Below are positions 42,400 through 57,860 of a stretch of DNA of 64,000 bases, one piece after another; position 1 is the first letter of the stretch; each line of letters opens with the position of its first letter. The position numbers and the translations under genes were made by a program. Location: the NCBI GenBank assembly GCA_012295275.1, contig CM022678.1:15686001-15750000 (forward strand), in the 5' to 3' direction. The notes beneath the pieces were generated by a model. That model did no database searches. It saw nothing but the letters and a program-made list of their open reading frames with translations, and was not told the DNA's origin. This DNA is from Chrysomallon squamiferum. Taxonomy: Eukaryota; Animalia; Mollusca.

Positions 42400-42441
42400 C
42401 TGTGACAAGCCTGTACTCTAACCACTGAGCTAAGCCCAGCC
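42400..42441 (-). mobile_element. tRNA-derived SINE head remnant (A-box half)
   Basis: Minus strand GGCTGGGCTTAGCTCAGTGGTTAGAGTACAGGCTTG has a tRNA-like 5' half (TAGCTCAGTGGTTAGAG) but no T-arm/B-box. Confidence 0.55.
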
Positions 42442-42604
42442 TTCAAGGATAGGTAATTATTTACAGCTAAGGAATGTAAGAAATCAATAATTGTGCATGC
42501 TTGCTTGCACAGTCTCACAAAGCCTACCTGTTTCATACTGAGAATACTGCATATGTAATTTCTAAATGTCAAGATTATAAAGAAATAAATAAATAAATGA
42601 ATAA

Positions 42605-42659
<55 letters not shown>

Positions 42660-43524
42660 TATAATAATAGCATTTAAGGTAAAAAAAAAAAAAAAAAAAA
42701 AAAAGCAAATGAAAATTAAATAAAAGAATCTAAAATTAGAAATAATAAACACAAAATGAAATGATTTCAGTGGCTAATTCACTATTTTAAGCCATGACAC
42801 ACAAAACAGGTTTTGTTAGTGAAAATAAGAGCAATCTGCAAATGAAGATAAACATATAACTGCTGGTATAAAATCAATTGCTGGTTATTTATTTATTTAT
42901 TGCACTTCAGCTAAACTGTGGCTAGACTTCATACACATCAAAGGTCACGTTGTCCCAGTATTCAATACAATGCTAAATAAAACAGTTTTATTAAATGTAC
43001 AGGTAATAACATGTTTGGCTAGGTAACACAAATACCTGCAAGGTAAGCCACGTGAAAATGACCTTTGTCTGCAGCAAGAATTTGACTTTAAGGTAATCGG
43101 ATGAGTAAAGGATTTTTTTTTTTTTTTTTTTTTTTTTTCTGGCTTACTGTCAACAAATGTTAAGATAAAATTTACTGGTTTAGAAAGTGCTGATAATATT
43201 ATTTAACTGAAGTATGGTGACATTTTACAATGTAAAACAAGTTGTTATTTATCTGTATGATTATAAAATTTATTTGCAGTATGTTTCATTATATCATATT
43301 AATAATGAATGTATAATTAATGTAATGTACAGTATAATAAATACAGTATAATATATGTATATCATAAGTAAATATATTACTCTTTAATATTTGCAGTATT
43401 TCTTTATATACTTTATAAAAATAATTTATAAAACCAATACTAAATCACTGAATAATTGTATGAAATATTAAATGATAATATATATATCTATATATATCTA
43501 TCTATTATATATGTAAATTATTAG

Positions 43525-43642
<118 letters not shown>

Positions 43643-45182
43643 CATCATAATTATTTATAGTCTTACCATAAACGGTAAAAAAATATATATACTGAAATAG
43701 AACTAATAATAATAAGCTATCAGTCATTTCCTGTTACCTTCCTGAAGTTATCTCAGTGACTAATCCACTGACCCAAGTTGTGACACCATGAAAGGTTTCA
43801 CGATTTAACAATGAGAGAGTGACTGTTCACCCAGGTGTGCTGGGACTTCAGTGTTAATATATAATGACTTTCCTCCCTGCCTGCCCCTAGTGTCACTTAG
43901 TAAAACTTCGTAACACTTTTTCAGTTAGTGTTAAGAAATGTCAGTGTTTATATGTTAAATAAGACAATATAAAAGAGAATGTATGTGTGCTTCTAAATGA
44001 TTAGTTTTGTATTGCAAGGTTTTATTTTTATTATTTTTATTTATTTGTTTACTTTTAGTTTATTTTATTATTATTTATTTATTTATTTATTTTTAGTTAT
44101 TTATTATTATTATTATTATTTATTATCTTGTTGAGTTTTATAAATTTTTGTTTAAAGAATGTGTTTTGTGTGTGTGTTTGGATGTCTGTCTGTTCAGTTG
44201 TATTTCACTTAAAAGCTTATCTGTTTTTATCTGAGGGTGCTTCCATGTATTGAGTTATTTTCTTTCCTTTTTTTTAATCTATAACATTATATCTTTTTTG
44301 TTTTCATTTATACTACATTTTTATAATATCATCATCATCATCATTATTATTACCTTTATTAGTACTATTTCAACTACCATTATTATGTTTTTTGTTATTA
44401 TTATTATGTTCATCATTATTATTATATTCTTTTCTTTCTTTTATTCTTTATTTTCTTTCTCTCTTTTTGCACAATTTTATTTCAGTCTTTATGCATTGAA
44501 CTGTATTTATAATGAATGAACACACATCTTTGGTTACGCTTGAATAACCACAATCAATGAGCAACCAGTTGACAATGTACACAGGTAGGTCACATTCCAT
44601 TCCTGTTTGAATCTCACTGCTATCAGGACCCAGGCAATTACAAAACATTTATTTCAAGGCAAGGATTTAATGCTACAAACACTAACAGTTTCTATAAGAA
44701 ACTATACTGGAATGTGTGAGAGTGACTAACAAACTAATTAATTAAACTAACTTGTATTTTCATGAAGTAATTATAATCATTAAAATAATAATAATAATAA
44801 TAATAAATAAAATAATAAAGTTAATAATTATTAACAAATGAAAATTTTGATATTGATCCTGTTAAAGATTACAGAAAAAGTCTGCAAAGGGATCTAAATG
44901 CATAGAAAATTCAGTTTGCAGTTTACTGAAATTTTCCTAAATATGTCATCTTCATATTCACTGACATTGTAAATTTATTTCTTGTTTCATTTGCAGTTAA
45001 ATTTCTGACATATTTCAGTTAAAACATCTCTTTCACTGTTCAGTCTAAATAAGCAGCTGACAAGAAAAACAAAATATCTTTAAATAGGTAACGAATAAGC
45101 ATTATTTTCAGAATATTTAAGATTTATAAATAAACAGTTGTTAGTACATAGTAGTTAGATGTAACATAGTAATACAAGTCTT

Positions 45183-45219
<37 letters not shown>

Positions 45220-47853
45220 TTATACAAAATACTAAAAAATCTGTAAAACAATTTATCTGTTATAGTTTTTGTATTCACGTGATCAGCAATCAGACAATGC
45301 ATTTATTAAATTATTTTCTATTACTCACATTGCTCATACTAAATATTATAAAAAGATTTCTGTTATAAAACATAACATTATAATTTTAGCCAGATCAAAG
45401 AAAAAAACCATCAAAAGTTATATATACCATAGATATTGCACCTGTACCCTATGTATTATATGAAATCTCCTATTACAATATTTTCATACTGTCATGGTAA
45501 TACCCATATCATATAAAAAAAGAAATATATTTTATTGCACATATACCTGTGCATTATGTATCATATAAAATTGTCTATTACAGTATTTTCTATTATAGTT
45601 TCTTACTGGCATGATAGCAACAATATCATTTAACTAAATGATATTTGTCAATGGTTTCCTAGTATAATAGTAGTATTCAGTATTTTATACAGTTTTTCAC
45701 TTCTGCTGTTGTTGTTGGTGTGTGGTTTGGCTGGGGTCAGCTAAGTTAATGCAATTTCCAGCCAGAAGTGATTATAGTGACAGCTGTCACAACTGAACAT
45801 GACAAGCGGTCAGCACACTGGTCAGTGACTGACCAGAAACAAACAGGATGTGTGTGCAGGAGAAGTAGAGCTCTGCGTTGTGTAAATTAACACAACATGT
45901 TTGGTTTTCTTTTTCTCCAGGTAAATTACCTGTACATGCACTTACCTGTGCAGTTCAAAGGTAAAAAGAATGATGTATTGTTTGAAATAAAAAAAATGTG
46001 TTGTTCTCTTGTTAGAAAGTGCAGACATAGGATGAACTGTGTTATTTTTATTTTTAAACAATTGTTATTGTGTTGTTTTGTTCTTACAGTTGCACATATA
46101 GAAGATGTTAATTATATACAAGTATACGAAAATACAGACATGAACACAGATGAATCCAACAAATACAAACACATGTATATAAACAGTACATTCAAACACA
46201 AACACACACATGCACAAACAGCATATTCATGTAATTAAAATTTTACTAGTTTAACTTTCTATAAATTGATCAAATTAAGATCTAGTCAATTTAAACAAAG
46301 GAGGTGAGAGAAAAATTAAAAGTAAGAGAGAGTTTAATTTTATATACAACAACTACAGTTAAGAAACACTATAAAATATCCTGTACAAAAAAAACAATAT
46401 TAATAAATAAATAAATAAATAAAAATGGTTAAAAACTGATACAATGAACAATTCTGATTATTTTAAAAAATTATTTCTCTAGTCTCAAAAAATATATTAT
46501 TTTCAGTAGTTATCAAAACATGGCTTATTAACAACAATTCACAGGATTTTTTTTATAAAAACATTTCTAAAATATTGATCTGCTGTTGGGATATTACAGG
46601 ACTTATTCTTGCGATTCAAAATAAACTCAGCAGTTTTATGTTTGTGTTTTTAATTTTTTCTACTAAGAAAAGAAAAAAAAAAAGACTGTCAAACTTCTCT
46701 AAACACTGTCCTTATCAAAACAGAATTTTCCTAAAATGAAAAATTTTCTATAGTTGTAATATTTAGGCAATTTAACAGTGAGCTGAACACATCACCACAA
46801 ATAAAAATAAAAACATCAAAGACATCTCTACAGAGAATTTTTACACAGAACTAAACACTGTTCAGTTTTGACAAGTTTCACAATCAAATTATCTTTCACT
46901 GTTGTTTTCATCCTCAAATGCAAATAAATCAGTTACGGTTCAGAATTCAGCTAATCTCTCCTTAGTTAAACCTGATCAATGGAGTTACCAGCTGAAGTCT
47001 TAATATAACTTTTATAGTTTTAACTCTCATTTGAATCAGTTTTATTAGCAAAGATATAAAATCTGTCTAGGTGGCTGGCTGTATAGTCCATAAACTGTAA
47101 TAAATTTATTCAGAATTATACTGGATTACAAAGGATTGTACAACAACCATTATCCTGTGATTTCATGGTCAAGTAATTTCTGGAAATTTTTTTATCAATA
47201 TAGGTTTTTCTTCATTTTTCTTTTGTAATTTATATCTTACAATCTGCAGAAATGCAACATTTGAGGCAGAAAAACAAACTATTCAGTGACTAATTTAATT
47301 TTCAAAGCTTATAACACACCGAAACTATTTCAATTATATTTTTATCAGTATGATCAATGGAGCAACAAAATATTACTTTGTATCACAAAGATGAATGTAA
47401 TGAAATTGTAGCACAATGTAACAGCTTGAATCTCTGCGCCGACATGTCTATGTGAAACACTAGACACACACGTTTATTAGTAAATGGACAGTGAAATTGT
47501 GTTAGTTACACTCAGTTTGAATCGGTTCTCAGTGCCATTAGCAGTTAGTTTCAAGATAATTTGTTTTAAGCATTCTGCTGAAAGAAAAGTAAGCTGTCGT
47601 TGTCAATATGATCGTTCATCAAACAACCGGATGGGAGTTACGATGGTTATGATTCAAACAGAATTCTTATGACAGAAGTCTAAAATACTTTTGTTCATTC
47701 TGGACTGTAACTAATTCATAAACACAATCTCAGTTCTGTCTCTTCTCTCACACTAAAATCATCCTAAAATTAACTAACAGAAGCTGAAGTAAATGGGCTG
47801 GTGCTCTCACTAATTATATACTATTATTATTACTGTTAATGATAATCATACTG

Positions 47854-47897
<44 letters not shown>

Positions 47898-48366
47898 TTA
47901 AATATAAAATACAAACAAAACAAAGATTATAAAAAGAAATAAAAAAAGCAAGGAAAAACAACATCAAATAAAACTGAACTGTTGAGAGAAATCTCAGATT
48001 TACCTACCTATCTACAGAGAGTGAATCTACTGATTGACTGCAGATGTTAATGTGTTCTTAAACATTGTTAACTATATAATTTCTGCGGTTTGTTTACAGG
48101 TAATTATGCCCACCTGTTGCTTATTAAATCTGCATTGTAATGCATCTTCAGCTCAATTTGCATACTTGTTTATTATCAATAGTTCTGCTAACTTGGGGTA
48201 AATCAGACTTTGTTGCTTGCATTACACAGATATGTCCAGTCATATCAAGGTTGATGAGATAAGATACTAGAATGTACCTGTTTTAGACTTTCTGACCTAA
48301 TGACCACTGTCCTTCATTTCAAGACTACCATTTTTGCTTATGGGTTATTTTACATTCAAAATAAAC

Positions 48367-48491
48367 CAGTGGTTTCCTGTTTACCAACCTCTGAACCATG
48401 GTTCCCCTTAGGAGTCAACAGAGGTAGTAAACACTGAGGAAAAAATCTATTTAAATAAAACTCTCGATAGTAAAAAGATTGGGAACCACTG
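48367..48491. mobile_element. Possible hAT/Charlie-like MITE remnant
   Basis: CAGTGGTTTCC... and ...AAAAAGATTGGGAACCACTG inverted termini typical of Charlie/MER5-type elements; 8-bp TSD not preserved. Confidence 0.4.
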
Positions 48492-48538
48492 AATTGCTTA
48501 AGGGCTTAATTTTTTTAATTATTTATTTATGTATTTAT

Positions 48539-48594
<56 letters not shown>

Positions 48595-51500
48595 TCTTGT
48601 GTTGTAGTTTCTGGTTTGTTTGTTGTATTTTGGGGATTTTTTTGTCTCTTTCACACAAATGGGTATGCTTCTTAAACATGCAGAATGGTTCATCCAATAC
48701 TGAACAAAACAGAATAAAAATCACCAAAAACATACCACCATAATTTAGCCACAACCAAATGAAATTTTATGACAAAGACTTTAATATGGCAATGAAACAG
48801 TCAAACAGTCTAAAAAAAAAAAACCATCACCGACATGAATTTTATTCATCACAGACTAAAAACAAAAGCCCTTCCACAAAGCCTATTTTTGCCAAGACAC
48901 ATTTTAAAAAATATTAACAATCAATCATCACTCTGAAAGCTGTCAGTAAAAATGGTCAGTTTGATTATTTCCAGCTGGTCGAAGTGATTCTACATGAAGA
49001 GCAAACTATCTGGCAGAGCCTGTCAGGGTGAATGAAATCAAGTGGCCAATTGCTAAGTAATTGCTCCTATCTGCCTGTCATTATGTTCAGCCCTGCGTGG
49101 ATAATTGTCAGTTATGGAAGTGTAACTATGTTGTAACTTCCTGATGTGTAGAACAAAGTAATGAATGGGAGAGAACAGTTACTACAGACACCTCAGTCTG
49201 TAACAATGTACTGTTAATGTGACTGTGTTTACAATGTTATACAGTTCTTAGAGTGACTCAAGTTCAAAGTGTTTCACATTTTCGAAATAAGTGTCATATT
49301 TTCAAAGCTAAGTGTTAATGAATTCCGAACTGTTTTACGTTTTCAAACTAATCCTAAACAAAATCCCAATTCAGACGAATAAAAGTATTATTGAATTTTG
49401 AATTTCAAATTTTTTCACATTTTCAAATTACAAATTAATGATTTTTTTTTGTTCAAAGTAATACTTATTTCATTAAAGAATTTCAATCTGTAAAACTTTT
49501 TCTGTCTTGATGTTACTGAATTTCAACCATATTATTGTACAAATTTGCAACTGTTACACATTTTAACCTAAATGTTACTGAATTTCATTCTAACTGCATG
49601 AATTTGCAACAGTTACATATTTTGACCTAAATGTTACTGAATTTCAACTCAAATTCAAATGCTAATGATTTCCAACAAACTTTCCTTCTCATTAAACATA
49701 ATTTGAATCGGTGGCAATTTGTGGTAATCAGTGTAACAAGCTTACTGCTCTCTACAACTGACTGATGACCAAGAGGAAAGTAAAAACACTTGTGTGAGAC
49801 ACTTGAATTAATTCGGTCACTTAATGTTAAACTGCACCTGAGGGTTGAATATCATAAATATGTCACATCCAGCAATTTGCTATAATCACATTTAAATCTG
49901 TGTGAATTTGTATGTGTCTGTATGTCTGAGTTTGGCTTTATATAGTATCTGTATGTGTGTGTGTGTATATGATGTATGTTGTCTGTGTATCTGTGTGTGC
50001 ATATATGTCTGCTCTAGGGGGGTGTGTGTGTGTGAATGCTAAAGTTTATTTTAAGTGTATGACTAAATCACTAAATCAATCTAAGTAGAAACTAGAAATA
50101 TTTAATATCTGCAAATTTACAACAATTTAGCTAGCTGATCAAGTCTGAAAGCTCTCTAATTAAACAATTTGCAGTTATGTATTTCACTAATATAGTAATG
50201 ATAATGTAAACACATTTTAATTTTGTACTGAAACAATATTTTAATCAGAAAGAAACGTTTACAGGAGGAATAACACCGCATAGCATAGTTACCCATACTG
50301 TAAACAATTTAAAAGGAACAGCCTAATTTTAGTACAATTGTTTTAAATACAGTACGCACAGTTGTAATAAATTGTGTTTTAATGATGTTATTAAATTCTG
50401 TACCGAATAATAATAATAAAAAAAGCACAGTTTGATTGATAGGTTTGATAATTAATCATTCCATTACAGACCGGATTAAAAAAAAAAAAAAATCTGCATA
50501 ATATTTACAGATCAATCAACTTACAAATTAGTCTTTTATTTTTGTCTTTTTAAACTTTTTTATTTGTTTATTTTTTATCTCTTTTGAATGGTTTTGAACT
50601 GTTTATGTCAGTAATAACTGAACAATCAATATAAATCTAAGTTGCACTTTTAGCTATAAATCTTTATCTTGATTAAAAAAAATAACACAAATTCCACAAC
50701 TATTACTGACAGTTATAAGAGGTTACCATAGAAACTAATTACTGCAGGAGATGATGTTAACTGCTTCAGTAATAATATACAGTGGTATAAATTCTCATTA
50801 TTTAATGTGAACAGGAAAGTTATTAAGCTGCACACAGCTGTTAGTAGAAATTACTCATGAAGTGTTTTTATTACAATGTATTACAATGTATTACAAACAT
50901 TGACAAATACTCCAGAAATATGTATTACATTGTATAACAAACACAATACCAGCTTATAGCAGAATTATATATAAATTAAAACAATAATAATAAATTCTTA
51001 GATTATAAACGTGTTAATTGTTTGATTCAGGACTAGAGCAACTACAACAACACCAGGAACAAAAACAACAACAACAACAACAACAACATAATAATAATAA
51101 TAATAATAAATTGTAGTAAAAACAGCAATAGTTTTGGAAAAGAGTAATAGTGATAACAACATGTAATTATTGTAATAATAGTAAATATTAGCAGTAATAG
51201 TAGATAAGTATGTATTGTAGCAGTAGTATTAGTAACAGTAGTAGTAGTAGTGGCAGAAGTAGCTGCAATTGTAGTAGTAGTTGTAGTAAAATGTAGCACA
51301 GTGCAGCTGACATAATATCAGCATTAGTAGTAGATGCAATATTAATAGTAATAATACCACAGCTGTAATATTTATGATAATAGTGGTAGTTGCATCAGTA
51401 ACAGCAACAGTAGTAGCAGCAGCTGCTGTTCTGTAGTAGTAGTAGTAGTAGAAACAGTAGCAGATTACTTCAAATCCATAACCCAGAACATTTATTTTTA

Positions 51501-52103
51501 TAAAGTCAAACTGTACTAATATTGTCACGTATTACATTGTTTAACAACTGTAGAACAAACTGTGTCGAGATCACTGACAGTAGCTAGTCTGACTGTTATC
51601 AAACCATCACCTTGGTGTTATCTTGCTGATTGACAGCTGCATGCAATGCCCCTGGATACCTAGACAATAGACTGTCAATCAAAACAGGAATTTGGCTAGA
51701 CGCTTGTTTGGATTACTGTTTACAGCTACTGTTTGCGTTCTCCTTTCTAGCAATTAAACACACAGAGAGTATGCAGGTTTCAGACAGTGCACCAGATTAA
51801 TATTTATTCTCTGGCTTATTTCTGGTCCTGTCGATGCTATTTTTGACAAGTGTAATGTCATAAATATATCTGGTATTAATAATAATAATCAGAGCTTTCA
51901 GAGTTTTTACAGAGGGATTGTAAATAGTATCTAACAAAGCTGATTATTAAGTTTAAATACACAAATACAAGTAGATAATCTATGTACATAGTTATATTAT
52001 ATGCTTTATAATACTACTACTAATAATAATAATGATGATGATGATGATAAACTATTTGTTTTTGAAGCTTTTGGAATTTATGAGATAACAAAATGTCAGT
52101 GTG

Positions 52104-52170
<67 letters not shown>

Positions 52171-52403
52171 AGTCCTATATAGTTCTATATATAATTATTT
52201 TTAACTCTACAGTACACTTTTCAATTTTACTCCATACCAAATCATTTTGTTAATTATTATTCTAACCTCTGCTGATATTCTGACAGTTAAGCAGTTTTAA
52301 TATAAGTGAATTTAGAATACAGTTATATCATAAATAATAATAATAGTTATTGTAGCAAAATTAATAGTTATTGATGATGACAATAAGAAAAGCAGTTTCC
52401 ATA

Positions 52404-52442
<39 letters not shown>

Positions 52443-52713
52443 TGATAACAACAATAAGTGGCAATTAATAACACTTACAGTGATAATGATGATGATGATG
52501 ATGATGATGATAAAGATAGAACAAACAAGGAAGTTTCAGGTTTCAGTGTAGAAATAGTTTCTGCTCACTCAGGACAGAAATCTGTCTGTGTGTCTGTCTG
52601 TCTGTGTGTGTGTGTGTGTGGGGGTGTTGTGTGCAATGATGATAAAAATAAAACAAACAAAACCGTGGATCATTTCTGAGTTCAGTGTAAAAACAGGTCA
52701 CAAATCAGTGAGT

Positions 52714-52750
<37 letters not shown>

Positions 52751-53829
52751 TGTGTGTCTGTGTGTGTCTGTGTGTGTGTTTGGGACAGTGTATTTGATGA
52801 GAACTTGAAAATAATTTGAATCAGAACTGAAGTGTTCTTGAAGCAGCACAGTTCACACATGAAGGCTGCCATCTGGGATGTGACGGGTTCTTAATCTGGT
52901 TATTTGTAAAGTAATCATTCTTAAACAATCTTCATTACACTAAGCATTTTAATTACAAAGGCAGTTGTCAGTTCAAACAAAGAATCTAAATTAAATACTG
53001 TGTACTTTTTTAACATCATTAGCATAACATTTTGTCTTCAAACAGCAAATTTCAGTTTTACCATTCTTTCAGCCTTTGTTATATGTACACATATACTTAA
53101 AAAAAAAAAATAGAATAAATGAATCTGAATAGAAGCAACAAAAAAAAAGTATTTACACTGTTTTTATATTTATATGCACATATTAATTATAATAGTAGTA
53201 GTAGTAGTAGTAGTAGTAATAGTGTGGTTTATGGTTTGTAATAGTGTTGCATTGGTAATAGGTGTGTAGTAGATGTAGTTGCTGTTGTTATTGATGATGG
53301 TGTTGGTGCTGTTTTCTAATGCCAGCTGTAATTACTATAACAGTAACAATAATAACTACTAAATTAATTAACAATGATAATAAAACAAAGTCATACCTTG
53401 TACAATCCACATTTAACAAACACAAAAACAACATTTCTTATCCTTCCATGCACTCAAAAAACCAACACCACCTTAGAGAGAGAGAGATGATTGTGAATGA
53501 CATAACCACTGATGGTATTCACGAGTAATAACTGTCAGTGAAGGACGATATTGATCAGAAAGTAAAAATAACATGCTTTTACCGACTGATATTCATCAAC
53601 ATGAGGCCACTGCACTCAGCTGATTAGGCGTGGTGCACACACACCCGTTAGAGGCCGCGTGTGTACAGAGAAAAGTGACGTGTCAGCAGCACAGGAGATA
53701 TAATTAATTGTTAGCGTGCGTTTGTGTAATTTTTAAAAAGAAATGGAATTGATATTGCTGTTTCTTGCCTTTGCAGGTACAAAAGAAAGTTTAATAATTA
53801 ATTTGTTGTCATTGTGGTGTGTGTCTGTT

Positions 53830-53877
<48 letters not shown>

Positions 53878-54139
53878 TTAACGTGTTTATGCATCTGTGT
53901 CTTTGGGTAGGGGGTGTTTGTATTCTTGTATGTTTATTTATGTCTCTGTATGTGTGTATGTCTATGTATGCTAGTTTGTGTCTATATATATATATATATA
54001 AAATGTATATGTGTGGGGGTTTTTGTGCTTGTGTATGCGTGTGTTTATGTATATGTCTGTGTTTATATAATGTAGTATTTCACAATATTTATGATGGAGA
54101 ACAAAGGTTAAGATTCAATATACTTACTGAAGTTATATT

Positions 54140-55003
54140 CAGGGTAAGGTGGGGTAATTCTGGCCCCGAGATATATTATGACTTGTAGCCACTAAACTGC
54201 TCTGTCCAGATTTCTGGAACTTTGTTGATATAAAGAGAACCTTCCTATCTCTCATTAAAACAAAGGATGTAGGTAATCAGCCATTTACATGTGAAGTATA
54301 GTGGCCATGAAAGTAGTGAAAACAACAAGGTTGTAAAAAAAAGTGCATTTTGAGGTTTCAAAGTGAATGTTATTTTTTAGTCCTAGAGACATAAGGTTAG
54401 TCGTAACTTATAACAGGTAAACGTATAATCGATTATTAAGTTCAGCAGAAGAAACTTGATTAATATGTGAAAGTTCAAATAAAATGAAGTGGGTGAGGTA
54501 TGCCGAGGTACTGACAGAAGAAGAAAGTGTCAAGAGGTATGAAGAAGAGTTGGCAGAGAAGAAGAAGAAGGAGGAAGAAAAGGCAAAGAAAGCAAAGGTG
54601 AAAACAGAAGAAGGTACCAAAGTCAAAACAGCAGTTCAATTTCAATGCTGGTGCAGTCAAAGAAAACGCTAATGGTAACAAGCCTGAACTAGAGATGATG
54701 TAGATTAGATATACAAGAAAAATGTGAACTGTGTGGCAGAGATGGAATAAATTCTGACAAGTTCATAGGATGTGAAAGGTGCCCAAATTGGTATTGTCTT
54801 GATCCTTGCACAAACAACAATTTTTAACCTGGTTCCCATTTCTAAAGTATAAGCACTACGCATATAGTGTTTGTGCATTTTGAAGCAGAAATAGATATAG
54901 TACGCATTATTCACTCCATTTTGTTGTTTCCGTTTTGTCTGTGAAACTGCAGGTGAGTTGAATGGAAAACGGGGCCAGAATGACCCCACCCCACCTTACC
55001 CTG
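54140..55003 (+). mobile_element. Internally deleted pogo-like DNA transposon with ~29-bp TIRs and C-terminal coiled-coil + PHD-finger remnant
   Basis: Left TIR CAGGGTAAGGTGGGGTAATTCTGGCCCCG; right TIR reverse complement CAGGGTAAGGTGGGG(TGGGG)TCATTCTGGCCCCG. Internal RYAEVLTEEESVKRYEEELAEKKKKEEEK, then CELCG...FIGCERCPNWYCLDPC from 54723. Confidence 0.8.
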
Positions 55004-57119
55004 CATCATATTGTAACTCTGTTCCACACTGTAACTATTGCTGTAGGATTGTTCTAACTGGGCAGCTATGAATTACACTGAATACACAACTAAGTCTCAC
55101 ATTGTTCTCTCTTCTTATAACATAGTTAAACACACGACTATAAATAACTGTGACAGCTCTTAGATAAGACTATGGGGCAGAGATAACAATGTTAATTATT
55201 TAAAAGAAACTTTCAAGTGGGGATGGTGTCATGATGTCAAAGATTAAAAATAAAAGATTCTGTGTGAGCAAACTCGCACCACTTCTGCATGCATGCATTC
55301 ATGCATATTCCTGGGAGACACACAACATGCAGTTTAACAAAAGACAGGACAGATTCCAGTAACAACAAAGACATTGCACTGTAACCTAATTAATTTGCCA
55401 GGCTGTCAAGTTCCTGACATTTAATTCCTGAAAACCAGCGGGTCACATGGTCAGTCCCTGGGAGCCTGTGGGGGGGGGTTAATTCCAGATTCAACTCTGA
55501 TTGCATGGGAGAGATTCACATCATTTAATTATACTGCTCTAACATGTTTGGTTAGATAAATGAGTGTATGGTTGGCTTCTGGTGTAATAGCAGGAAATAC
55601 AATTGTTTGTCTTGAAGGAAATATGTTAATAGTTGGAGAAAATGTTTTTAAATGTGCGTGTGTGTGTGTGAATGTGTGTGTGCATGTGTGTGCTTGCATA
55701 CCTAATGTGAATAATTACAGATGCTTTTTTTGTAAGTGTTTAAATAAGTGATGTATGTATAGACTGTAGATAAAATCATCAAACACAACATTAAATCATT
55801 TTCTTTTAAATATTTAAATGATATGAATATAAAAATAAAAATGTAAGTATTGTAAATACCTGTACATCCACCACCCTCAATCTGATAAACTATTTACTTT
55901 CTGTCATCATTCTCAAATTTATGAAACTTTTATACTTTCAGTTTCAGTTTTATTCAACATCATTTCTGCCTGCAGAGAAAGACTCATTTTCGGTTTGCAT
56001 TATGAAATTGTAAAATTCATGGAAAAAAATTATTTTAAAGTTTTATACTTTCATTTTTAATCAAAATCATTATTGCATGCAGAGAAAAATCACCCTTTTT
56101 TTTTTTTTCTTTTTTTTTTTAAATCAACAAAAAAACAAACATCAGTTTTACCAAGCATTATGAAGCTATAATGTGGGCTAAATACAAGGAAGTTGTAAAA
56201 TAATTATATTTCTACTCTCAGTTACATTCAAATTAAAATGTTATAAAATGTTTTACAATTTAGCTTCAGTTTATCTAAATCCATTACGTAACTTTGCACT
56301 GTGAAAACTATAATGTAACAACATTGTCATAAACTGTGAAATTAAAATGTAATAACATGTTTTTATTTATTTAAATTAATATAATTTTTTATTTTGCTTT
56401 AATAATAAATTCCTTCATATTTATGAACAGGATGTGATATGTTAATACAAAGTATACAGTTTAGTATAATAAATACAATGTTACACAAAACAAGCTATAA
56501 AATTTACTATTGAGAGTATTTAGAATTTAATTTCAGATGTTCAAGTTGCAACCATCTGTCTGCAGGTATGTATATTTATTAACAACAAACTGTCTTATCC
56601 TGGGCACTTAGAATTCATGTGAGTTAATGGGTGTGTGCTAAGTATATAGCAGCAAACTGTGGCTACAAAATGTAAATATTTTCACCTCTGTATTTTGTTT
56701 TAAATATCATTTCTGGACTTCCTTTTAAATATACAGAAAATTTTGGTTTGAGAAATTTTAAGCTTATTCATACTGGTGACAAATTAAGTCCATATTGTGA
56801 AATTTGAAAGTTATCAACTGATATTTCAGTTTTCAATTATACATATATATTTTGGGGTTTTTTGCACTAATGCACCTAAATAAACTGATAGTGAATGTAT
56901 ATGCATATGTTATTCAGTGCTTACTGTTATTATTTTATTTACTTTGTTTTTTAGCCATAAAGGTCTCAGAATTTTTTTTTTTTAGGTTAAAAATGATTAG
57001 AAAAATCCAAAAATAGAAAAAGAAGAAAATTAAGTTCAATAAATAAATAAATTCCTGGATTGCATCAACCATATGACTGCATATTTATTGTAAAGGACAA
57101 AAATTAGTGAAATAATACA

Positions 57120-57860
57120 ACACGCCTAGTACAAAGGTTACCGGACGTAAAAATTCAAAACCCTCTTACTGGCTCAGGTAAAAACTTATTTAACTTTTAA
57201 GTTTGCACTTACCTCCCAGAACACACAACTCTGCGCAACCCGCCGTCTACAAATGAGCCACAACGCTAAAACTGAATTCCTCTGCTTGTATTAAACAAAT
57301 GGCCGTGAAGAGATATTTTAATGTCCTTGCTTATAATATCCAAAAACGACTCAAATGTAAAGAAGCTGCTGAGGTATATCCGATAGTCGTTGATGACTCA
57401 GTGCTGGTAGAATGCCGTCGCCTAAATCTAGGTCATTTTGAAATTGTGCGACTGTAGGTAGGGCCAAAAACAACCCACGCGAATTTGCACAAACACGCGA
57501 AAAAAGAAGACTCTCTGATCAGGACTGCTAAAGGAAACTTGTGACAGAACGCGCGACTATTGCTAATAATACTGACATGGAAGATGCATTTAAAAAGAGA
57601 GTGAAAAAAAGAATAAGCCAACAACTTACGATTCGAGTAAATTAGCTGTCCTCAAAGCGTCGTTTTAGCACAGGTAAAGCGCGCACCTTTCCGACATCCG
57701 GGCAACTATCAAAAAATGGTGACGTATTGCACAAGCGGTCTATCTTGTCTGAACGCGGCTCAGATCAATAACTGCGGCTATCACAACAACAACGCGGCGA
57801 TCGTATCACAAACCACGTTATCTGTCGTCCACTGTAAAGGATCAAGTCACCGGTCCCTTC
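57120..57860. promoter_or_regulatory. CpG-rich promoter-like region with AP-1 motif TGACTCA (~57394)
   Basis: Abrupt rise in CG dinucleotides relative to the CG-poor 31-57 kb stretch (visual, not computed). Confidence 0.45.
57213..57420 (-). other. Candidate non-coding first exon of gene B (5' boundary unknown)
   Basis: Strong donor GAG|GTAAGT at 57213/57212 at the edge of a CpG-rich block; gene B exon 1 has an acceptor that needs an upstream exon; a second gtaagt lies at ~57623-57628. Confidence 0.45.

Noticed and set aside
42400-42441. tRNA gene
   Set aside because: Only the A-box half is present; no T-arm or acceptor-stem pairing, so treated as a SINE remnant
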